Shown here one piece after another: positions 1 to 14,184 of a stretch of 64,000 nt of DNA. Positions within the stretch are counted from its first letter, which is position 1. Every line of letters starts with the position of its first letter. The stretch comes from the human T2T-CHM13v2.0 reference genome, Homo sapiens. The translations under genes were made by a program, and so were the position numbers. Below the pieces are notes generated by a model. The model ran no database searches. It had not been told where the DNA came from and was given only the letters and a program-made list of their open reading frames with translations. The stretch lies in NCBI RefSeq assembly GCF_009914755.1, contig NC_060947.1. One strand, written 5' to 3'.

Positions 1-234
1 TTTTTTTCTTGCACTTCAAGACATGAACCATAGCTTTCGCTTAGATCACCTCACTAATCCAGTAGTGTCTCTTGATCCATATTTATTTCTGTTCTATATA
101 GATTCTAGTAATCTCTCAGTCACAAAGAAAAAAAAGATTGAGTGACTCTGGAAATTCAGTCTCAATACTTGGAAAATAGCACCTTCATATTTAAAATATG
201 AGAGCAGCTTATCATAGTGTAAGTTTGTGTAGCC

Positions 235-520
235 AAATGGAATGAGGATGAGCTTTGAAGTTTGAAAGATGTGGATTAAAATGCTGTTTTCAACATTGAT
301 TAGTGATGTGATCTATGGCTAGCTGCTTTACCTCTCTGAGCCTCAGTTTTCTTATGTGTAAAATGAGGATAATTATATCTATCTCATAATATATATAACT
401 CATGAATACATATACACAAACACAGAGAGAGAGAGAAAATACTTATAAAGAACAGTGGTAACACAAATTAATTTATGTAAAAGATTTAGAAAGGTACCTA
501 ATAAATGCTCAATAAATATT
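235..520 (+). mobile_element. MIR SINE (decayed)
   Basis: MIR core motif 'tacctctctgagcctcagttttcttatgtgtaaaatgaggataat' and tail 'aaatgctcaataaatatt'. Confidence 0.75.
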
Positions 521-922
521 ACATCTCAAATTATTATAATACAGGAAATAATCATTAAACATTTTGGATTTTGAAAGATCCTTTCTTATTTCAACCATGA
601 CAATTAGTATGTGCTTTACTGAAATCACTAAGACCTTATAGGTTAAAACCAAAAATCACAATCTTATTTTAAAGAGAGTATTTCTTCACTCAAGCTCTAA
701 AAATACAATTGTGGGGACTAGCTTTGTAGACAGTGATTTAGGGAATGTCTTAATTTTTTTTTATAGAAGAACAGTGTATAATGGGGGTTTTAGGACACAT
801 TTTAATATTTTCATAGTTTAAATTTATTTTCTCTACCCATGAATATCTATTTTCTCATCTCAAACATTTTTATCCACTCACACCTCTTTTTTGTTGTTGT
901 TTTTTTATAGCTACTGGTAGTA

Positions 923-1141
923 CAGGTTGAGCATCCAAAATCCAAAAAGTCAAATCTTGAACTTTTTGAGTGCCCACATGATACTCAAAGGAAATACTCA
1001 TTGGAGCATTTGGGATTTCAGATCTTCAGATTAGAGAGACTCAACCTGTAAGTGTAATGCAAATGCTCCAAAATCTGAAAAAAATTTGAAATCTGAGACA
1101 ATTCTGGTCCAAAGGCTTGTAGATAAGGATTACTCAACCTG
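923..1141 (+). mobile_element. MER46A/Tigger4a non-autonomous TcMar-Tigger DNA transposon
   Basis: Terminal inverted repeats CAGGTTGAG (923)...CTCAACCTG (1141), TA on both sides (921-922, 1142-1143), internal 'aaaggaaatactcattggagcattt' matches recalled MER46A consensus. Confidence 0.85.
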
Positions 1142-2378
1142 TAATGGGAAAAGTAATTGAATCATTTCACATTGGAAGAAGTGTGTTTAATTCTTAAATA
1201 GAAATATTACTGGATTTGGTGATACATGGAAGCATTTCAAAATCTGGTTGGTGCAAACTTTATTTCTTTACTTTCTTTCTAATGTTTTTCAGCTCACCAT
1301 CTTTTGATGAGGTTTTATGCCCAAAAGACCTGAAAACAATAAGTAGAAATAGTTCCCATAGTGCCTGTGGTTTCTGACAAATACTTGGGTTTATAAAATT
1401 ACGTTCTGTTATAGAAACACTTTACATTTGCCAATGATATTTTAAAAGAAAATGTTGATATTTTGAATATGACTGAAGAAGACATTCTGCTGTAATCACA
1501 GTCACCAGTTCCCCCCAAAAATATAAGAAAGAAAAAAGCCCTGGATGAATAGAAACAGCAGTTTTATTGTGCAAAAACTGAAACAAAAGCTTTATAAAAA
1601 ATTTACTTGGCATGTTATAACCCTACTCTTCAGATAAATAATGTTTGAATTCTTTCTTTGTGCATCTTTTTTTCTTGCACTTGAGAAAGTGCATTTGCAT
1701 GTGAATTGAAGAAAGCAAAATTATATTCCAAGGTTGATGAAAATAAATTACTGATTGGCTCTTGAACTGGGCAAACACTATCTGAGCCACTTTATCCACT
1801 TATTTTCAGCTTCCACATTAACTTAAACCTTTGCTTCAGTGAAAATAGTGTTTGTAGTATGAAGTTCTAAGCTGGACTGTATATTACTTCTTGATCTATA
1901 AAGGAAGAAAATGTCTTAACACCTGGCCCTGTGGGCATCCTTCTTTACAGGGTTGACTCTTAAAAAAATTATGAAGTAAGACAGAGGTCTTCTTTAGTAC
2001 TGGTACTTCTTTCTGCAAGATACCCAGTGCCCTCATGAAAGTTCTCACTTTGATCCCCATTCATTCATGCCCTTCTAATTAAATGACTTATTCCCTTCTC
2101 TCAATTACAACTTTCATAGATAATATACTTGTGTCATCTTCCCTTAGGACATAATCTCAAATAGCTCTATTTTTCAGGCAGCTAACATAAAGGAATGAAA
2201 GAAGTCAAGTAGGAACTTTAAACAAAAGCAAAGCTCCTGCCTATCTAAAGGGAACAATAGATGATTGCTGCGTGGGAATATTGACTCTATATTGTGACAT
2301 TGTTCAATCTTCCATGAAAAGCCAAACAATGACATTTTAAACAGTAACTTGTTTGTTTTATTAGTACTTTCAACCAGT

Positions 2379-2400
2379 TATTGTTGTTGTTGTTGTTGTT
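2379..2400. repeat. (GTT)n microsatellite
   Basis: attgttgttgttgttgttgtt. Confidence 0.9.
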
Positions 2401-3984
2401 TTAACACTGTTCTGGATCATACTGTATGAGTTATATAAAGCTCATCTGTGGGCTTCTTGGAACTTGAAAAGCCACCAGTTTGTAACCTCTTTTTTAGGGA
2501 GCTTACGTTCTGGCTTTCGGCTCTGGGTGATAATGGCTTAATAACATAAATTGCTGTTATTATAATTTGTAATTTATATATTTATTTTTCATTTCTCCAT
2601 TTGGTTATGAATTTATGAAATATTTAGTATACAAATATGACACATTGACTTTGGTTACTGTACTCAGCACTGGAAATTTAGTCTAATTTTCCCTTTCCCC
2701 AAGGATCTAAGAATTTAATGTGAGAGTACGAAGATAAACAATCACAAGGCAGCAAGATGAATGTCATGAGAGAAGGACATACAGTGTATAACAGTAGCAC
2801 AGTAGAGAGATACCTAACTTTCTCAGTTAATACAATCTCTTAAACGAGTAAAATGACTCTCTCCCTTCAGCAGGTCTCCTACAGGAGATGCTAATGGCAG
2901 GTTATTCAGGAAACCTGACATGCCGGTGGAGGAGAGATTTGTGGGCAAATGGGCCTTTCAATTCCTCCTAACTAGAGCATTTTTGTCATTTGGAAATTGT
3001 AAAAGATGATGCTTTCATTTTACCCTTTGGCATCTAATGAGCATTATTTCTAAAGTGAAATGCTCAGAAGAGTCAATAGGCTATTCCCTTTTTATATTGC
3101 TTTGACTAGGTGTCCGCAATTCCAATCGTTATCAGATCATTTATTGCTCTGAGAATATCCCTTGACCAATTCATAGATTAATTTGTTGTTGATGGGCTAT
3201 TCAGGAGATATTTCTACTTCTTCCATAATACAGAGAGGTGCTCACAGCTCAGGACATATTTGGTATTATGGCTTTGTATGAAATATTAGTATCTAAGAGG
3301 AGGAAATCAAAGTGAAACCTTGAGTTGGTTTCAAATTAAAACCAAATCTTCAATACTGTCAAAATTCTCAGCTTTCTTTACTGCAAGGGGAGTTCATGCA
3401 GAGAATAGATAAGAGTGTCCAGTAAATAAGTAGTTTTTAGATAAAACTACAAAATGAAAGCGCTCAACTGATGGATGGGAAATGTGATTTGTTTACCTTG
3501 AGTTGATATTCTATTTTATGGGAAGTGAGTTAATATCTGCCCTGTATACATACTGAAGTGCAAACAGGCACATTTTTAAAAAGTGTCCATTTGCCAATGA
3601 GTTTCTAGAACTTTAAGGAAAAATTAGTATTAGGTGCTGAGTTGTTGTTCAAAGAAAACTCCAGAAGCTTCAAACAGCAATAATGATTGGAGGTTGGAAA
3701 TGGGATAAATACTTTCTTTACAAACCAACAGGACATATGAAATGTGCAGATGGCACAGTTTTTTCTGGTCTTACATGAACTCCTGAAATCCACAGAGTCC
3801 TCTGCAGATCAGGCTACTCTAAGGCTCGGAGCACCTCAAAGGGAAATTTCTCTAAGAAACAAGTTGTAGGTATTTAATTTTTCTACTCTCACTGGCCAAA
3901 GAAGCAATTTCAAACCTATAGAATAACCTACTGTTTGTCCACTTAGGCTGACCCTCAGCAGTTGACTGAAAGTATTTGGGGAGC

Positions 3985-4440
3985 TTCACGTTATAAGCAT
4001 AGGATCTGGAACAAGCCACCTGGATTTGAATGCTCCCTCTGCCACTTGTTAGCTATGTGGCCATGGACTATTTGTTGAACTTGCTTGTACCTCAGCTTAC
4101 TCATTTTAATTTTGTGGGTATAAATGTAAGGGGTACAAGTGCAATTTTGTTACATGGATATATTGTGTGATGGTGAAGTCTGACCTTTTAGTGTATCAAT
4201 CATCCAAATAATATACATTGTAAGTATTAAGTAATTTCTCATCACCCACCACCTCCCATTCCACCACCCTTCCAAGTCTCATATGTCTACTATTTCACAC
4301 TTTCTGGCCATGTATACACATTATTTAGTTCCCACTTATAAGTGAGAACATGCAGTATTTGACTTTCTGACTCAGTTTTAAAATAGGGATAGTAATTCTT
4401 ATCTCACTGGATTTTTGTGAGGACTGAGAAACTGATATAC
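3985..4440 (+). mobile_element. MIR split by an L1 3'-end insertion
   Basis: 5' half 'cctggatttgaatgctccctctgccacttgttagctatgtg...cctcagcttactcatt'; resumes after ~4370 with 'aaaatagggatagtaat...tgtgaggact'. Confidence 0.75.
4105..4369 (-). mobile_element. L1 3'-end fragment (L1PB-like)
   Basis: 'ggggtacaagtgcaattttgttacatggatatattgtgtgatggtgaagtc...cccacttataagtgagaacatgc' is the antisense 3'UTR of L1PB-type elements; degenerate TSD actca(g)ttttaa at 4099 and 4370. Confidence 0.8.
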
Positions 4441-5249
4441 TTCCTTGAACATGCTAAATATGCCATTATCATTAATCACATTCCTTTATCCACAGATTTC
4501 TTCTTCTTCATAATAGCCTAGTACCTCAAACATTTCAGGTCTAGAGAGACTAAGGAGGAAGACAGTTAGAAGGGGAAGGGGTCCAACTCATGATCCTCAA
4601 ATTAGGCAATGTAGGTGGTCATCTGCTTTGCCTTTCCAATAAATAAGCCTTGTTCTCTGACATTTGTCATTCTCAGGAGGCTCTGAGTTGAAGACTTTTG
4701 TTTGTGTAGAAGTTTAAGGTGCTAATTTCCACTATAACTTTCAGTAGCTTCCAAACAAGAGCAGAGATATTTTTCACCAGAAACTCCTTGGTTCTGATTT
4801 TTCCAATATACTTGAGTCTGAGGAAATCTGCAGGGATGAAGGATATTTTATTTTAAGTCCAGACTCTACTGAGTTAGAAATCCTCATGTAGAGATAACTC
4901 CTAATGAGTACAAAGGGAACTTTGCCTAAAAAAAGAACTGCAGGACTTGGCCTACTGTGTATAGATAGTTATTCAAGAGAGTTTTGAAGATACAGTGAGC
5001 ATCATTTTCCTTTCCCTGACCCCAGTGGGTGTCTTAAATAAAACATAGTAGTAGAGATCTGCATACTCTAAAGGACAAAACACTCATTTGGCCTAGTTCA
5101 ACAGCCTGGACTTTCAAAACTATAAGAAGCCATTCTCTGAGAGAAGGAATGGCACAATGCATTTGAAAGTTTGTTATTTGATACACATTAACCATCTCCA
5201 CCTCCCTGTCAGGGATAAAGCATTGATACAATGAAAAAGATTATAATTA

Positions 5250-5566
<317 letters not shown>

Positions 5567-6274
5567 TCATTACTGAAATGGAAAGGGAATTATGTCTTTT
5601 GCTTCTGATTTTTGATGAAGGGCACAAATATGTCAAATGTACTTTGACTCCCTGGGAAATATGAAATATAATAAAAATAAAATTAACAAAGTTATTATCA
5701 GTCAACGAAGCAATAGGCATATATTTATTCTTGAATCATTACCCAACAACAGTATCTCTCTAGGATGTATAGCAAATGTGGCTCCTGCTCTCAAAGTATT
5801 TACAGAATACTTTAAAAAATATGAAATTATATATAAAACAGTAAGTGGAACAGACTACATAATATATTATTCTGATCACTTTACATTTCTGAAAATCTTC
5901 CTAAGTCTCATGACTTATGTCAGTTATTTCCTACCAAAGTTTCACATAACACTAATTCATTCACACTGGGGTTTAAATGATTAATAGCTTATTCTTTCCA
6001 GATATCATGGGAACTAGGAGTAACAAATCACTGAGCATCATAAAGGTATAGGGGCTTGGGGAATGTGGTTTGAGAGAGGGAACAGTACAAAAAGAACCAA
6101 TCACTATACAGATGCTTAAGACGGCTATCTGCACTACAACTTTGCCTCCGGCTGTCTTTCCTAAACTCCATGTGAATTTAGCCCTGAATAAGCATGGAAT
6201 AGAAGCCTAGAAATGCTAAGCTGAATCTCAATTTTGGCCATGAGTCTTTAAAATTACTTATATATTTTTTGTAA

Positions 6275-6380
6275 CATATGATTATTTGAGGACAAAAATT
6301 ATGTTTTGTTTATTGTGGTATTTTCAGCACCTAACATGCTAACACATGATAAGTGCCTGATATATATTTAATATCTGTCA
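6275..6380 (+). mobile_element. L2 3'-end fragment
   Basis: 'tttgaggacaaaaattatgttttgtttattgtggtattttcagcacctaacatg' resembles the L2 tail. Confidence 0.5.
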
Positions 6381-6589
6381 AAAAAGCTGCTCTTCCTTCA
6401 TGTTTCTATTAGTCTATATGATCTTTTTCTCAGTTGATATTCCTCTGTTTGGCCCTGTAAATTATGGTGTTGCAAGGTTCCATACTCAGACCCTTATTTT
6501 CTTCTTCCACACACTTTCACTGTCCGTTTCTTCTTCAATGATCACCTTTTTCCTGATGACCAAATAGGGAAGATTAGCAACTAAAATTG

Positions 6590-6825
6590 TCGGAATGACC
6601 CTTGAAATCAAAGAAACCTGGGTTCAGATTCAAAGTTCTGTGTATCCACTGTGGGACCTAGAACCTAGGCATACTTAACTTTGATCTTGGGCTTACCCTT
6701 TGATTAAAAAGGGTTAATGATAATACTTAACTCCTAGAACTGTCATGACAATTAGATGAAATAAAAATAGAAAGTAAATAGTATAGTGCTGGGAATCTAT
6801 TAAGCACTCAATAAATGTCAGCTTC
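6590..6825 (+). mobile_element. MIR
   Basis: 'acctgggttcagattc...aagcactcaataaatgtcagct'. Confidence 0.7.
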
Positions 6826-7816
6826 TTTTACTTTTGCTTTTAAAACCTTATTAAGATATTTTAATTCACATGCCATATGGTTCACTCATTTAAAATATGC
6901 ATTTCAATGTTTTTTTAAATAAATTTACAGGGTTGCATAACCATCACCACCACCTAATTTTACTGTATTTTTTTTCTCCCAGAAAAAAACAAAACCAAAA
7001 CTGTAGTTATTGGCAGTCACTTTCCATTCTTCCCAAACCCGGCCCTGGGAAACCACTAATCTCCTTTCTGACTCTCTAGATTTGACTGTTCTTGACATTT
7101 TGTATAAATGAATTCATACAACACAGAATAATGTATTCAGGGTTCACTCATGTTGTAGCATGTGTAAGAACTTCATTCCTTTTTATTATTGGATTTGATT
7201 GTATTTATATACTGTACGTTATTTATCCATTCATCACTTTATGAATATTTGAGTTGTTTCCACTTTGTGGCTATTATGAATAATGCCACCATGAGCATTT
7301 GTGTACAAGTTTTTATGAGAACCTATGTCTTCACTACTCTTGGATATATACCTGAGAATGAAGTTGCTGGTTCATATAGTAACTCAATGTTTAAGATTTT
7401 GAGGAAATGCTATACTGTTTTCCAAAGTGGCTGCACATTTAACATTTCCACCAGCAATGTATAAGGGCCCAATTGCCCCACACTTTTGCCAGCAATTGTA
7501 CCTGTTAATTTTTTAAATGTTAGCCACTCTATTAAGTGTAAAGTGGTGTCTCATTGTGGTTTTGATTCACATTTTCCAAATGACTAATGATATTTAGCAT
7601 TTTTTCGTGTGTGTGCATAGTGGACATTTCTGTATCTTATTTAGAAAAAAGTCAAAACAAGTCTATTGCTTGCTTATAAATTGAGTTGTCTTTTTTATTG
7701 TTTAATTAGAAGTATGATTTATGTATTCTAGATACAAGCCTCTTATCAGATATATGATTTGAAAAATTTTTTCTCTCATTTTCTGGGTTGTTATTTTACT
7801 TCCTTAATAGATATTC

Positions 7817-9098
7817 TTTTTAATTTTTATGGGAACATAGTAGGTATGTATATTTATGGGTTACATGAGATGGTTTGATACAGACGTGCAAGGTGAAGTA
7901 AGCACATCGTGGAGAATGAGCTATCCATCGCCTCAAGCATTTATCCTTTGAGATATAAATAATCCAATTACACTCTTTAAAGTTATTCTGAAATGTACAA
8001 TTACATTATTGTTGACTATAGTCACCCTGTTGTGCTATCAAAAGCAGGTCTTATTCATTCTTTCTAACTATTTTTTGTACCCATTAACCATTCCCACCAC
8101 CACTTCCCCCACCACTACCTTTCCCTGCCTCGGGCAACGATTCTTCTACCCCCTGTCTCCATGAGTTCAGTTGTTTTGATTTTTATATCCCTCAAACAAA
8201 AGAGAAATGCAATGTTTGTCTTTCTGTTCCTGGCTTTTTTCACTGAACGTAATGACCTCCAGTTCCATTCATGTTGTTTCAAATGACAAGATCTTATTTT
8301 TTATGGCTGAATCATAATCCATTGTGGATATATATCACATTTTCTTTATCCATTCATCTGTCAGTGGATACTTAGGTTGCTTCCAAATCTTAGCTATTGT
8401 GAACAGTGCTGCAACAAACACAAAAGTGCAACTATCCCTTCAATAAATGGATTTCTTATATTTTGGGTATATACCCAGGACTGGGATTGCTGGATCATAT
8501 GGTAGCTCTATTATTAGGTTTTGAGGAACCTCCATACTGTTCTCCACAGTTGTACTAATTTACATTCCCACCAACAGTGTTTGAGGGTTCTCTTTTCTCC
8601 ACATCCTCACCAACAATTGTGATTGCCTACCTTTGAATATAAGCCATTTAAACTGGGGTGAGATAATATCTCATTGTAGTTTTGATTTGCATTTCTCTGA
8701 TGATCAATGATGTTGAACACCTTTTCATATACCTGTTTGCCATTTGTATGTCTTCTTTTGAGAAATGCCTATTCAAATATTTTGTCCATATTTTGATAAG
8801 ATTATTAGATATATTTATAGGGTTTTTGAGCTCCTTATAGATTCTGGTAGGTAGATGGGTAGTTTACAAATATTTTCTCCGGTTTTGTGGGATGTCCTTC
8901 ACTTTGTTGATTGTTTTTGCCGTGCAGAAGCTTTTTAACTTTCTGTGATACCATTTGTTCATTTGTTCATTTTTATATTGGTTGCCTGTGCTTGTAGGAT
9001 AATACTCAAGAAATTTTTGCACAGACCAATATCATGAAGATTTTCCCCAAAGTTTCTTTGTGGTAGTTTCATAGGTTGAGGTCTTAGATTTAAGTTTA
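7817..9098 (-). mobile_element. L1MA1/2-type 3' fragment nested in L1MB
   Basis: 'cctcaagcatttatcctttgag...gactatagtcaccctgttgtgctatcaaa' is the L1MA1/2 3'UTR signature. Confidence 0.8.
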
Positions 9099-9255
9099 TT
9101 GAAGCACAAATCTTTTACAATTTTATGCAGTCTAATTTATTTTTTTAAATTTCTGCTTATGCTTTTGGTGCCCTAAGAAATCATTGCTCAACCCACTGTC
9201 ATAGGCATTTCTTTTTGTTTGTTTGTTTTCACTTTTGTTTTGTGTGTGTGTGTGT

Positions 9256-9640
9256 TTTTCACTTTTATATTAAGTTCAGGGGTACACATGCAGGTTTGTT
9301 ACATAGGTAAACTTGTATCACAGTTTTTTTTTGTACAGATTATTTAATCACCCAGGTATTGGGCCTAGTACCTATTAGTTATTTTTCTTGATACTCTTCC
9401 TCATCCTACCCTCCACCCTCTGCTAGGTCCCAGTGTGTGTTGTTCCCCTGTATGTGTCCATGTGTTCTAATCATTTAACTCACACTTACAAGTGAGAACA
9501 TGTGGTATTTGGTTTTCTGTTCCTGTGTTAAATTTCTAATGATAATGGCCTCCAGCTTCATCCATGTCCCTGCAAATAACATGATCTCATTTTGTTTAAT
9601 GGGTGCATAATATTTCATGGTGTATATGTATCACATTTTA
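9256..9640 (-). mobile_element. L1PA13-like 3' fragment nested in L1MB
   Basis: 'tcaggggtacacatgcaggtttgttacataggtaaac...gtacagattatttaatcacccaggtatt'; T-rich tail with (TG)n at 9210-9260. Confidence 0.8.
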
Positions 9641-11536
9641 TCTCTTACACTTCAGTATACAGTCCATTTTGAGGTACTTTTTGTATACAGTGTGATATAT
9701 GGGTCCAACTTATTGCTTTTACAAGTGGATATTAATTTCTCCCATTACCACTTGTTGGAAAGACTATTCTCTCCTGTTAGATTGTCTGGGCACCCTTGTC
9801 AAAAATTAGTAGACAATAAATACTTGGGTTTATTTCTGGTCTCTCAGTTCCATTCCATTGATCTATATGTCTATCCTTAGGCCAGTACTACACTCTTGAC
9901 TACTGTAGCTTTTTCGTATGTTTTGAAATAAGAAAATATGTGTTGCAACTTCATTCTTTTTCAAAATTGTTTTGGCTATCCTGGGTCTCTTGCATTTCCA
10001 TATAAAAATTTGGATTAGGTTGCCAATTTCTTCAAACATGGTAGATGGTATTTTTATGAAGATTATATTTAATCTGTATATCAGTTTCAGAAATATTGCC
10101 ATTGTAATAATATTAAGTCTTTCAATTCATCATCATCAATGTCTTTCCATTTGTTTAGGTCTTCTTTAATTTCTGTCAGTGATGTTTTCTAGATCTTGCA
10201 CTTTTGGTGTTGTATGATATGTATGTGTATGGTATGTGTGTCATATGGTATGTCTATATATACCAAAAACAAGGTTTTGATGTTTTGTATATTGACTTTG
10301 CACCCTACAACTTTGCTAAACTCCTTTTTTAGTTTTAATAGAATTTTAGTAATTTCTTTAACATTTTCTTTATACAAGAGCATATCATTTGCAAACAGAG
10401 ACAGTTTTACTTCTTTCTTTCCGATCTAAATGCCAACTTTTTTTCTTGTCCAATTGCTCTGGGTAGAGTGTCCAATACAATATTGAATAGAAGTGATGAG
10501 AGCAGATGTAATTGTCTCATTCCTGAACTTAGGGGGAGAACTTTCAGTTCTACACCATGAATTATGATATTAGCTTGAGTTTTTCACAAATGCCCTTTAT
10601 AAGTTTGAGAAATTACCCTTATATTCCTAATTTTTTATTGCTGTTATCATATAATGGTGCTGGGTCAAATGGTTTTTCTGTATCTATTGAGATTATTGCT
10701 TTATTCTCATATCATAGTTTATTACATTGTTTTTTGTATGTTGTATGTTGTATGTTTGTATGTTGAACCAGCTTTTCAATCCTGGGATAAATTTCGCCTA
10801 CTTATAATGTGTAGCTATTTTTATATGATGCTGGATTTGGTTCATTATTATTATGTTGAGAATTTTTGTGTCAATATTTATAAAGGTTGTTGTTCTATTT
10901 TTCTTCCCCTTGTAACATTTTTGTCTTGAATTTGGTATAAGGGATGATATTGGCTTCATAGAATGAATTGTGATGTGTTCCTTTCTCCTCCTCCTCCACT
11001 CTCTCCTTTTTTTCTCTTCACCTTTTCCTACTTCTTTGTCTTTTTTTTTTTGGAAGAGTTTGTAAAGTATTGATGTTGATTCTTTCGTATTCATTTGGTA
11101 GAATTGAGCAGGAAAGCCAATTTGATCTTGACTTTTATTTATAGGAAGTTGTGAGATTACTGACTCAATATTTTTTACTTTTGGTAGGTTTTTTTTTGTA
11201 GATTTTTTCATTTCTTTTTTAAGTCAGTCTAAGTATTTTGTGTCTTTCTAGGAAATTGTGCATTTTCAGGGTTATCTAACTTTTTGGTAATTGGTTGCTC
11301 ATAGTATTCCATTATAATCCTGTTTATTTTTATAAACATCCATCTTCTCTCTTCTTTCATTGTCATTCTAACCCAAGGTTTGCCAATTTTGATCTTTTCA
11401 ATGATCAACTTTTACTTTTATTGATTTTTTCTATTTCTATTTTATTTCCTTAATCTTTATTATTTCTTTCCTTCTGTTTGTTTTATTGCTCTTATTTTTT
11501 ATACTTTTCTAGTAAAAGGTTAGGTTGTTATCTTAA

Positions 11537-11817
11537 TTTTTTTTCTTACTCTGTTGCCCAAGCTGGAGTGAAGTAGTGCAATCACAGCTCACTGCAGCCT
11601 CTACCTCCCCAGGCTCAGGTGATCCTCTCACCTTAGCATCCCAAGTAGCTAGGACTACAGGCATATGCCACCACATCCTGCCAATTTTTTTTTCTTTTTG
11701 TAGAGATGGGGTTTTCACATGTTGGCCAGGCTGGTCTCAAATCCTGGATTCAAGAGATCTGCCCACCTCTGCCTTCCAAAGTGCAAGGATTATAGGCATG
11801 AGCCACCACACCCAGCC
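11537..11817 (-). mobile_element. AluJ
   Basis: Diverged antisense Alu 'ctgttgcccaagctggagtg...cacagctcactgcagcct...gagccaccacacccagcc' with J-type features. Confidence 0.9.
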
Positions 11818-12729
11818 AGACTTCATATTTTTTAATGTATGCGTTTACAACTGCAAAATTTCCATTAATCACTGTTTTACCTGCATTTCATATGATTTGG
11901 TATGGTGTATTTTAGTATACTTTTATCCCAAAGTACTTTCTAATTTCCTCTGTGATTTCTTCCTTAATCTATTGGTTATTTAGGAGTGCGTTGTTTTAAT
12001 GTCTACATACTTGTTTATAAAATTTTCTTCAGTTATTGATTTATTGTTTAATTCCTGTACATTATAACAATATGTTTCGTGTAATTTTAATCCTTTTAAT
12101 TTTATTGACGATTATTTTACGGTCTAGCGTATGATTTATACTGGAGAAACTTCCTTGTGTGCTTAGGAATGTGTATTATGCTGATATTGGATGCAGTGTT
12201 GTATAGATGGCTGTTAGGTCTAGTTAATTTATAGTGTTGTTCAATTCTTCTGTTTCTTTGTTGATGTTCTTCACAGATGATCTATTAATTATTGAAATTG
12301 GGTTATTGAAGTTTTCAACTATTACTGGGTTATTGTCTCTTTTCTTCTTCAATTCTACCAGTTATTGCTTCATATATTTTGGGGGCTCTGTTAGATTCAT
12401 ATATACTTGTACTTGTTATGTGTTCTTTATTGATTGACCCTTCTATCATTATAAAATATTCCTCACTACTTCTAGTAATTGTTTATAAAGCCTATATTGT
12501 CTGTAATTGGTAATTAAAACTATTTTCTGATTTTTATTTGCTTCTGAAGAATTAAAGGCCATGGTAAAGCTTTACTTATATAATGTTATTAGTTAGAGCA
12601 TCTTATTTTTCAGATCCATTTGAATTTCAATCACTAAACATCATCCATGCTTTTCTTGGGAAACAGCCATGGTAACATAGCATGTTAGTATGGAAGTCAT
12701 GGTCTTGGATGACTTTTTCCTTGTAGCCA

Positions 12730-12924
12730 TCAGTGTGCTGTAACTGGTTAACACCAGCTTAACAGAGCCAATTTTACACATTTATTGGCAACTCTGCATT
12801 TGGTGATGTCATATTTATTTCTTGAAATCAGTCTAGATTAGAGTGTTTACACCACAAAAAAATAGCAGATGCTACAAATCAAGGATTTGCTTTTTGGAGA
12901 GCTATTTTAGAAGCACACACCACT
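12730..12924 (-). mobile_element. MER63A-like hAT DNA transposon
   Basis: Reverse complement reads 'agtggtgtgtgct...ccttgatttgtagcatctgct...tggtgtaaacactc...cagcacactg', as in recalled MER63A. Confidence 0.65.
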
Positions 12925-13769
12925 TCTCATAGTTGACTTGTTTTAACCTACTTAACTATACTACTGGGTTTGTTAGGGGTTGTCAAGAATTCCTTCTATG
13001 TTGCATTGAATTTTTGGCATTCTTCAGTGCTTTATGTAGAAAACATACTTTTACTATATTTGTACTTAGGCAGTTCTGGAGTTATGAAATTCCTCAAGTC
13101 TCAAGCAAGTTGTTATTTCAATTTCAATGTCAAAATATTTGCCTCACTTACTTTGGACCTATGATTTCATCTTCATTTTTCAATTGGTATTTGCAATGTT
13201 TGTTTTACTATGATAAACGTTTTGAAAATGGAAGTTAATGTTCAGAGCTTCTTTGGATAAGGAAATTGGCTGAGCTAGGTGTATTTGTAATTATTTTCTT
13301 CTGTAGTTTGCTTATTTTTTGCAGATACAAATACACAGCAGCCATCTTCTGGAAAGCATAGGCAAAATACTTACATCTGACACCTGGCTGTGAATTACAA
13401 TCAGGTACAAAATCAGCTTTTGTTCATGTGCCTTACTCCTACTTAATTTTGCTAAAAGTTTTTATTTTAAAGTTGCTCTTGTGTCATGATTTTTATTGTC
13501 AAACCTCAGCTCAACATGGATTCATTATGGCTGAGTTATGAAGTGCCCTTACAGCTTTCAGAATGGAAATCCTGGTCTTGTGTGCCTTTAGTAGAGCCAA
13601 GCTCTAAGGTGTGGCGGGATTATAGTTCATAAAAAGGTTAGGGTGACATTAGAAGCTGAAGGAATTGTTGAGAATCTCTTCATATTTTAGAGTTTCTTGC
13701 ACAGAGAATTCATTTTCTACTTGAAACTTCTTTCATAAAATGAGATAGTTTTTCTAGGATGGTAATGAA

Positions 13770-13920
13770 ACAAACTTTTGCAAATATATTCAAATCCTGG
13801 TTTGTTGTATACTAACCGTGTGACAGTGGTCAAATTTCATAAGTTCTTTGAAACTCAGTTTTTCTCAATAGAAATAGTAATACTTGCCTTACAAGATTAT
13901 TATAAGATATAAATAAAGGC
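13770..13920 (+). mobile_element. MIR fragment
   Basis: 'ttcaaatcctgg...actaaccgtgtgac...ctcagtttttctc' core. Confidence 0.65.
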
Positions 13921-14184
13921 TATATGTATGTATGTTTGTATTCAACTAGCATCATATATATTCCTTACCCTTTAACTCCTAGTTTTTTTTTTAATCACAT
14001 GCTTTTCATTTTCCAGGCACATTACTTTTTTAAAAAATCACATTTCTTCTTTGTATAGTTGAAGCAAGTAATTTATTCTAAGTGATCAGAATAATTCAAT
14101 TGTTGGCAAAAGTATCTGAGACTTTATTACAATCATTTCTATAATTAACATTTTTATATGAAAGTCAAATTGCCTCAGAGATTT

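Larger units (their letters stand above)
6840..12505 (-). mobile_element. Old L1 (L1MB-type) 3'UTR/ORF2 remnant hosting three younger insertions
   Basis: Antisense L1MB 3' end at 6840-7810; ORF2-like peptides on the minus strand (9863-10102 'MAIFLKLIYRLNIIFIKIP', 10798-11211 'GFPAQFYQ...LYKLFQ'); resumes after each nested element. Confidence 0.85.

Noticed and set aside
1262-1380. Candidate plus-strand splice acceptor (polypyrimidine tract, ttttcag at ~1292)
   Set aside because: No good donor nearby, only short frames and no recognisable peptide; such motifs are common by chance.
5637-5984. 115-aa ORF in unique sequence
   Set aside because: Composition (I/K/N/F/Y-rich) reflects AT-rich DNA; no motif or exon structure.
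13305-13410. Candidate 80-bp exon (tttttgcag...cag|gtacaa)
   Set aside because: Weak donor and stops in all three frames; unsupported without transcript data.
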